Shown: piece after piece, positions 57,408 to 64,000 of the stretch | Layout: every line of letters begins with the position of its first letter | Position numbering within the stretch: the first letter of the stretch is position 1 | Source of the DNA: Epithemia pelagica | Taxonomy: Eukaryota > Protista > Bacillariophyta | DNA length: 64,000 bases | Direction of reading: 5' to 3' | Assembly: GCA_946965045.2 (NCBI GenBank) | Contig: OX337241.1 | Span: 2,046,001 to 2,110,000 of the forward strand | Position numbers and translations under genes: made by a program | The notes under the pieces: model-generated | What the model was told of the DNA's origin: nothing | Databases searched by the model: none | The model's input: only the letters and a program-made list of their open reading frames with translations

Positions 57408-59246
57408 TTAGAGTCCTCCCGGACCAGAAGCGGAAGCTGCCGAGGAGGAGAGGGTGGTGACCAATCCAAAATGATCACTGGGTGCTGCGGGCATTTCCCG
57501 TGATGTTTGTGTATAGGGGTTGAGTTTGGGCCAGGTCAGATCGGCCAAGGCTTCTTGTCCAATCAACTCGGTCCCTTGAATATTCGCGCTAGTAGTTCCC
57601 TTCCCGTCGCCACCTTGTTTTCGCAAGACCAAACATCGATCAAACCGTCGTCTCAAGTTTCCACCCAACATGGGATTGAGCTTGGAATCGTAGGTATATC
57701 CCTTGTTTTGTGCCGTCACGGTATTGGTTTCCAGCCAGGCGTCCTTCCACGACGATCCTAGCACCGACAAGAGTTTGTCATCACTGGGTTTGCGACTTTC
57801 GTCATCCCAATTCAAATCTCCCATGATCACAGCTGTCTTTAGTTTGGCATGTTGTTGCATTTGGTCACGGCAAAACTCTTGCAATTCTTGAATTTGCAAG
57901 GCGCGTGTGGAGGCACCATTGTCTTGGGGGGACAGGTAGGATTCCAAATGAGTCGTGGCAACCAAACATTCCTCCTCAGAGTGTGTCCCATCGTTGGCAG
58001 GGTATTGACAATGTGCATAGACAAAGCCACGGTCCATGCGCGTCCTGGTATAGGGGACCCATCCCTGTTGAAGAATCTGAGGATAGACGCATCCGTCGTC
58101 GTCGTAATTGTTGTTGGCGTTGGTAGATTCGGGTGGTTGGCGAATGGCCAATGCGACACCATAGGGGAGAATACCATAGAGGGGTTGTTGAATGATACGA
58201 AAATTGGCTTGTCGCAACAAGGGATCCAAGACACGCACAAGGGGATCGACCAGTTCCTGAAAGCCCACAAACCAAAGGGGGGACGTCTTCTCGTCGTGCT
58301 GTTGCTGCAACAAATCGACAATGGCTGTCATTCGTTCCACAGGGACAGGTGAACCATCTCGTTGATGTGGTCCAAACCAGACATTGTAGGTACACAGTTT
58401 GAAACAGCCTCCCGATTGCCACCATTTTTGGGTGGTGGGACTGTGAGGCAAGGCGGTGGGTTTCCTTTTGGTCGCCACTGCCGCAATCTTGTTCGATCGC
58501 GCCTTTTTGGATTGGTGTTCCATGGTAACGTCAAATACACTACTATCATCGTCATTCGTTTCGTCCTCCTCCTCTTTGTCACTGCTGCAGAGGTCAATGA
58601 CAGTTTGTGCCGGTCTTCCATCCGTTTGGGTTGCTGTAGCTTGTCGTTTGCGAGATGACGACACGGTACTTGATGACCCATGACGAGGGAGATTCCTTGG
58701 TGTTTCGTCCTCGTCGTCGTCTTTGTTGTCACTGCTGTTGCTCTTCGTATGAGACAATGCGGCCAATCGCAATCGTCGAAGTTCTTGTACGGTAGGCGGG
58801 TTTGTCATGGTTCCAACCGAGTCGTCTCGTTCCATTCGACAATCCGACAACAACGGCAACGAGAAAGAAGAACCAGAAGTGACTCCAGAATGAAAGTGGC
58901 GCACAGATAAAGGGGATCGAAGAATCCACCACGGCCTCAACAACAAGGAGGGTCTTGGACACTGCGTCCGAGCCACGGTCCAGCTGGAATGACTCTGGAA
59001 CGCCGCCGCGACAGTCACCCTACTGCTCGCCAAAACCGTAGCGAGCCACAGAATACGGGACACTCTCGACACAGTCAAAGCTGTGATGGTTGTTGCTGCA
59101 AAAATGAATTGTCCGACGTTGACAATGCTTCCCATTCCCAGACGCTGAAACCGCGGTTTGCCATTGGTTGTCATTGGGCTGAATCTCGACAGACTGGAGA
59201 ATCGCGACCGATGGATGAGGCCTGCTCCCGAGCGTGCTCTCAGCAA
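57408..59246 (-). CDS. TDP2: Tyrosyl-DNA phosphodiesterase 2-like EEP-family protein
   Basis: CTYNVWF, GFQEL, ATTHLES, IMGDLNWD, WKDAW, YTYDSKLN, RFDRCL and PSDHFGL. The start codon is uncertain. Confidence 0.85.
   Translation of the reverse strand: MLRARSGAGLIHRSRFSSLSRFSPMTTNGKPRFQRLGMGSIVNVGQFIFAATTITALTVSRVSRILWLATVLASSRVTVAAAFQSHSSWTVARTQCPRPSLLLRPWWILRSPLSVRHFHSGVTSGSSFSLPLLSDCRMERDDSVGTMTNPPTVQELRRLRLAALSHTKSNSSDNKDDDEDETPRNLPRHGSSSTVSSSRKRQATATQTDGRPAQTVIDLCSSDKEEEDETNDDDSSVFDVTMEHQSKKARSNKIAAVATKRKPTALPHSPTTQKWWQSGGCFKLCTYNVWFGPHQRDGSPVPVERMTAIVDLLQQQHDEKTSPLWFVGFQELVDPLVRVLDPLLRQANFRIIQQPLYGILPYGVALAIRQPPESTNANNNYDDDGCVYPQILQQGWVPYTRTRMDRGFVYAHCQYPANDGTHSEEECLVATTHLESYLSPQDNGASTRALQIQELQEFCRDQMQQHAKLKTAVIMGDLNWDDESRKPSDDKLLSVLGSSWKDAWLETNTVTAQNKGYTYDSKLNPMLGGNLRRRFDRCLVLRKQGGDGKGTTSANIQGTELIGQEALADLTWPKLNPYTQTSREMPAAPSDHFGLVTTLSSSAASASGPGGL
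58591..59101 (+). repeat. Source segment of a local duplication (TDP2 5' region)
   Basis: Same-orientation paralog at 63250..63801, with scattered substitutions. Confidence 0.93.
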
Positions 59247-59260
59247 GCACAGCTCGTGTG

Positions 59261-59284
59261 CGCGCTCTATTTAAATAGGGCGCG
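59261..59284. promoter_or_regulatory. Near-perfect 24-bp palindrome with TATTTAAATA core between divergent genes
   Basis: cgcgctctatttaaatagggcgcg, with a TGACGTCA (CRE/bZIP-type site) at 59344-59351. Function is inferred from position only. Confidence 0.35.
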
Positions 59285-59519
59285 GTCATACTCTATATGG
59301 CATGATCAGGACCAATCCTGAAAACCCAGACTACCCGGATGTATGACGTCACGATGATGAAATTTGGTGACGTGTAGTGATTCAGGATTAGATTGGTTTG
59401 CCGTAAGGAACGGCCTCATAGAGCCGGAGCAACGGCTGCTGTTGTATCCCTCCACACTTTACTACTTCTACTTTCATTCATCATTGTAAACCAAGAGTAT
59501 ACCAAAGAAGGGCAGGAGA

Positions 59520-61019
59520 ATGAGCCTCCCACCTCTGCCAGAAAAGACGAACGCAGAGGAAAAGCTGAGAAGAAGAAAAGAGGCGTTTCTGGAGAGGGTA
59601 CGATCGGGAGATCCTACGGCAGAGGAAGAATACAGAGAGTTTCTCATCGAAAAGGGAGAGTACTTTTACTCACTTGAAGAAATAATTCCCAAAAGTCGTA
59701 TTAAATGGTATACTTTGGACAGCATCACTTTAGAAAACGGCGCCAAGCGGAATGACTGGGCTAGGGCATTCAAACGCACGCGACAACCAGACTACTTGGC
59801 ACCTGGCGGGCAAAACGGAGTGCGAGAATTCCTTACGACGAAAAAGACCATGGATGGTAAAGATAAGATTGCTTCATTAGAGAGCAAAGGTCATTCGTCC
59901 GAGACTAAGAAGAAAATTTGGTGTGTTGATATCTTTGCGCGATTATTGGAAGAAAGCAAGAACAGCGAAGTTGCCCATCTTCTTCCAGATGCCCCGGGCC
60001 ATGCGGTCGAATGGTATGATGTCGCATGTTGGGCTATGGGAGTAGATCCTGAGAACATAGACTGGTCAACAGTTTTACGTTTGCTTCACGGAACAAAAGG
60101 AAAAGACAACAAACGAGTATTTGGCTGTGGTCTCAGACATTTTGTAGCGAACAAGGCTAGAATCAATGGCCAAGAAAGACTCCTGGACAAGGAGGACCCC
60201 CAATTACTGATACTGCCAATCTTGACTATACAGCAATGCAAAGACTGGAACGGTGAAGAGTACGAAGCTATTGTTTTGATTGGAGCAAACAATGATGGGA
60301 AGAGCCAGAAATGGGCAACTAAAGAGGTCGGGATGACTGACGTGGATAACATCACAGTCTTGGACGCGACAGATGGAGACGTGAAAAAGGCCCTTTGCCT
60401 ACTTGACTTTTTTACGTGTGCAATGGTCCAGTCATTGATGAATTTCGATGTCCCTTTCGTGCCTTCAAGCGCAACAAAGGCCGAGAAAAAGCTCATGGAA
60501 TCGGCATCGGCTCTGCGCTTATCCCGCCGAAAGAAACTTCGAGAGGCTGTCTCTGCTCTTGGCCATCCTTTCATTCCTATCCCTGATTCTGAAACTTCGC
60601 TACCCCTTGAAAATCATCGAGCAGTTTGTAAGATTCGTTTCAGTAACAATGATGTAGACAACTTCCAAACAGGTCTGCATGTCGCTCCAGACCCAATCTT
60701 GCTGTTAGCCCGCGCCACTGTGGTTTGGTCCGTTCGCAATAAATTCCGTTTGCGAGCCTCTGCCGTCGCGCAGGATGACTATGATTACGAACAAGATCGG
60801 ATGCAGCTGGAATTGATATCGAGAATGGCAATGGAAAAGAGAGTCGAAGGTCTAGAAGTTACAATGGAACAAGGGAAGAATCATCAGCACAGCGATCATG
60901 AAGAAATGTCGTCTATTTCTTCCTCGGAAAGTGATTCCTTGTTGGAGCTTGAGGCGGAGAAGAATATTTCACGGTTCGTCCCTTCTGTGCCCCCGATAGT
61001 TGGGTCTTTCACTAAGTAA
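59520..61019 (+). CDS. Hypothetical protein (499 aa), possible HNH-like endonuclease
   Basis: Intact intronless ORF. EVAHLLPDA and LRHFVANKARINGQERLLD loosely resemble HNH_2 (AHI.P...NG..L) motifs. Confidence 0.5.
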   Translation: MSLPPLPEKTNAEEKLRRRKEAFLERVRSGDPTAEEEYREFLIEKGEYFYSLEEIIPKSRIKWYTLDSITLENGAKRNDWARAFKRTRQPDYLAPGGQNGVREFLTTKKTMDGKDKIASLESKGHSSETKKKIWCVDIFARLLEESKNSEVAHLLPDAPGHAVEWYDVACWAMGVDPENIDWSTVLRLLHGTKGKDNKRVFGCGLRHFVANKARINGQERLLDKEDPQLLILPILTIQQCKDWNGEEYEAIVLIGANNDGKSQKWATKEVGMTDVDNITVLDATDGDVKKALCLLDFFTCAMVQSLMNFDVPFVPSSATKAEKKLMESASALRLSRRKKLREAVSALGHPFIPIPDSETSLPLENHRAVCKIRFSNNDVDNFQTGLHVAPDPILLLARATVVWSVRNKFRLRASAVAQDDYDYEQDRMQLELISRMAMEKRVEGLEVTMEQGKNHQHSDHEEMSSISSSESDSLLELEAEKNISRFVPSVPPIVGSFTK

Positions 61020-61887
61020 GCTTGTGGATTCGGTTCGAGAGGACAATGACCAACATCCGGACCATGAGCTGCGTCACGTGAGAGTGGGGTGATGATGGTG
61101 CAGTTGCCAGCGGGTCTCTAGAACCACCACCACCACTTCAACTGTAGACCCTCCAAACAAGACAATCTCATGACATCAACGATCGTTCTCGCAGTGCTAC
61201 CAGTACAACCGTCTTGTCGTCGTCCATCACTCGAAACCATCAACGGTGGGATTCTTATTCCTCCTCATTGTCATCGTTGTCGTCCTTATCGTCATCATCC
61301 TTCTTGGTGACTGGAGCGACACCAGTGTGACGTTTGTATGAGGTATGATAGACAAACGACCGTGACGGTGTTGTCTCCGGCCCAGATGCACAAGAAGGAC
61401 AACGATTCGAATACTACCTTTCGACACGGAAAGGATTCTGCTGCAGCTGCCACTGATGTTCTGTGGGAACGCCGTTGTGGATGACAAATTTCTGGAATTC
61501 CATTTCTCCCGCAGTGTCTGTTTCGTCCCCTTACCGTCCAAACAGGAACATACACAGTAAAATAGAGGATGATGAGGACGATCAAGAATGCATTGTCGTT
61601 GATTCGGATAAATGCATTGTCTTTGATTCGGATGATGAAGAAGAATGCATGTCTTGGAGTCTCCCTTTCTCTCGTCTTGTCGTTGTCGAATGCCAGATAC
61701 ACAACACACTCCAGCTCCTGGGACGTGGATCTGGAACACGACGTCGAGGACCAAAGTGCGTCGAGTTCGGCAAATGGGGCATTCCAGTCAAAATACATTT
61801 CCCCCGTTATGTTTCTACACGCACATGTTCTAAGGAAGAACAGCAAGCACTTCGAACCCTCATTCTCATGACTGCGTTTTACTTCTA

Positions 61888-63133
61888 CTATTTATACTGT
61901 TCAATTGACACTTTCTTCGTCTCAGTTTTGCCAGATGACTTCTTCTTAGGGCGCTCATGAGACTGCTTCCATGCTGCAGTACGCCCTGGAGTAGATCGCA
62001 GTGAGTCTGTTCTTGACCCAAAGATTATACTTGGCACCTGCTCAGTGAGTCGACGAAAACACCACGTATTCTTGTCAACCAAGGAGAGTGTCGCACAAGG
62101 AGCATTGTCACTTCCACCAGTCACAGCAATTCCCCTCGAGTGAACCACATCACTGGAGATATAATACGGCCCTGTTGATCGGGTAAAGGTCCACACAGTG
62201 TTTCGGCGAGTACCGAAGACTTCAACAATGTCCGCGGCTAAGGAACCTCCCATAACAATAAGACATGATCCAACAGCTACAACTGCATGATCACTCCGTC
62301 GGATGGAAGGATTGATTTGGTCATGACATGTCCAACGGCATGAGGATGGAAACACTGCACTTGTTTTGTCCGTTGTCTCATTGCCGGATAGATAATGAAA
62401 CTCCAAATTCTCCATGGAGTTGAGATCTGTCCCATTACTTTAGCCTCCAACAACAAAAATGCGATTGCCAATGACAGCACTAGCACAACAGTACCGAGGA
62501 ACTGTCATGGATGGTCCCACAATCATGGTGTGGTTGCTTGCGATAGCTGTATCGATTATATCAACCGACGACAAAGTCTTTCCTTTGGATCCACCAATCA
62601 CAACAATATAGCGATTGTGCACGGCAACAGCCGAACATCCATTTCTTCTCGTAGACAATCGACAAGTCAGGGTAGTCCATTGGTTGCTGGTAGAGCTTTC
62701 CATTGATTCTGAACACAGCTTTGCAACATCAATCCGTTCAATTTTTCCAATCGTGAACTTCCATTGTTTCCTCCGATCACGTGAACTCCTCCGCGACAAA
62801 CCACCGCAGCATGAAACTCTCTCTTGTCGTTCAACGAAGGGCCTTCCCTCCATTGCTTAGTTTCTTCTGCCAAATTCATCAGCAGAACTGATTCATCAGC
62901 AGAACTGAGTTGGTGTAGCCTTGACCTTGTTTGTCTCCTCCCCAAACAACAACCGTCTGTGCATTGTTATGCTGTTCGGGATGGTCGAGCACAACCGATG
63001 CATGCGAACGACGCCATCCTCCCAAAAGGGGAGGCCAGTCATTAGTATTCCATTGCGGCACCTCACTATTATTGTCAATTTCCAGAAAGCAAAGCCCGGA
63101 TTGTTGTGCTTGCTGTTGCAGTGTAGTCGTCAT
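61888..63133 (-). pseudogene. Kelch-repeat gene, frameshifted
   Basis: Kelch blades in several frames (VVVWGG..W, GPSLNDKREFHAAVV..VIGG, RRNGCSAVAV..VVIGG, GPSMTVPRYCCASAV..VVGG). A 17-bp duplication at 62874-62907 and further shifts break the frame. Confidence 0.85.
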
Positions 63134-63249
63134 GGTACTTGCAGATTTTATGACAGCACCAAGGAATGGACCTCAGAGCTTATCTTTCTCCTCAAAAAAT
63201 ACAAAAATGGACTCCGAACGAGATGGACTGAATATTCTGGACATTTCAC

Positions 63250-63801
63250 AGGTCAATGACAGTTTGTGCCGGTCTTCCATCTGTTTGGGTTGTTGTAGCT
63301 TGTCGTTTGCGAGATGACGACACGGTACTTGATGACCCATGACGAGGGAGATTCCTTGTTGTTTCGTCCTCGTCGTCGTCTTTGTTGTCACTGTTGTTGC
63401 TATTCGTATGAGACAATGCGGCCAATCGCAATCGTCGAAGTTCTTGTACGGTAGGCGGGTTTGTCATGGTTCCCACCGTGTCGTCTCGTTCCATTCGACA
63501 ATCCGACAACCACGACAATGAGAAAGAAGAACAAGAAGTGACCCAGAATGAAAGTGGCGCACAGATATAGGGGATCGAAAAATCCACCACGGCCTCAACA
63601 ACAAGGAGGGTCTTGGACACTGCGTCCGAGCCACGGTCCAGCTGGAATGACTCTGGAACGCCGCCGCGACCGAGCCACGGTCCAGCTGGAATGACTCTGG
63701 AACGCCGCCGCGACAGTCACCCTACTGTTCGCCAAAACCGTGGCGACCCAAAGAATACGGGACACTCTCGAAATAGTCAAAGCTGTGATGGTTGTTGCTG
63801 C
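63250..63801 (-). pseudogene. Partial duplicate of the TDP2 5' coding region, upstream of the Kelch gene
   Basis: Encodes ..MERDDTVGTMTNPPTVQELRRLRLAAL..TVIDL then stops. Contains a 44-bp tandem duplication (63627-63714) that is absent from the source. Confidence 0.88.
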
Positions 63802-64000
63802 ACAATAGGAGCACTTCGGTACCAATTTCCCTCACCTACACGTGCCAAAACGTACCCCCAACCATACCGGCGCACCTTTTCTACGTGCCCGCGCGCAAAT
63901 TTCTTCTTAAACAACCAACTCTAGACACCGAAACTGTGACTTAAACCACGTACAACATTTAACCTTTTTTTTATCAACGGTACGAACTTCTTCTCACTTT

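Noticed and set aside
61227-61960. Overlapping 165-183-aa ORFs on both strands
   Set aside because: No motifs; partly produced by a 24-bp duplication and acidic low-complexity sequence.
1-64000. CRISPR arrays, tRNA, 5S, 5.8S, snRNA or telomeric repeats
   Set aside because: None recognised. The tandem repeats lack unique spacers. A tRNAscan-SE/Infernal run would be needed to exclude small RNAs formally.

Overview
Eukaryotic nuclear DNA, most likely a raphid pennate diatom (judged from the 18S sequence, CoDi-type Copia elements, short GT-AG introns and bipartite plastid presequences). It has three zones. (1) 1-12.6 kb: a decayed paralog array with PPR-like and kinase-like fragments, then a collapsed rDNA unit in which the first 567 nt of 18S and the last ~680 nt of 28S are joined by a 1.5-kb antisense APE-type LINE fragment. 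(2) 12.6-33.7 kb: a transposon nest. An old Ty1/Copia RT-RNaseH-LTR remnant is interrupted three times: by a head-to-tail pair of tyrosine-recombinase (Crypton-like) elements (0.93-kb mini element plus 5.3-kb coding element, all junctions CTAC), by a young non-autonomous Copia (764-bp LTRs, CTGCC TSD) whose decayed gag-pol is still one open 1126-codon frame, and by a long-TIR MITE (8-bp TSD) in its LTR. An intact two-ORF RLE-type (CRE-like) non-LTR retrotransposon follows. (3) 34-64 kb: host genes (SAM50, plastid GrpE, double-bZIP factor, tRNase Z-like MBL, PPR protein, ACOT9-like thioesterase, TM9SF, TDP2-like, possible HNH protein, Kelch pseudogene), a truncated Transib/RAG1-like transposase with a convergent partner ORF, and a partial duplication of the TDP2 5' region. 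No tRNA or CRISPR array was seen. All assignments come from motif recognition by eye; no searches were run.
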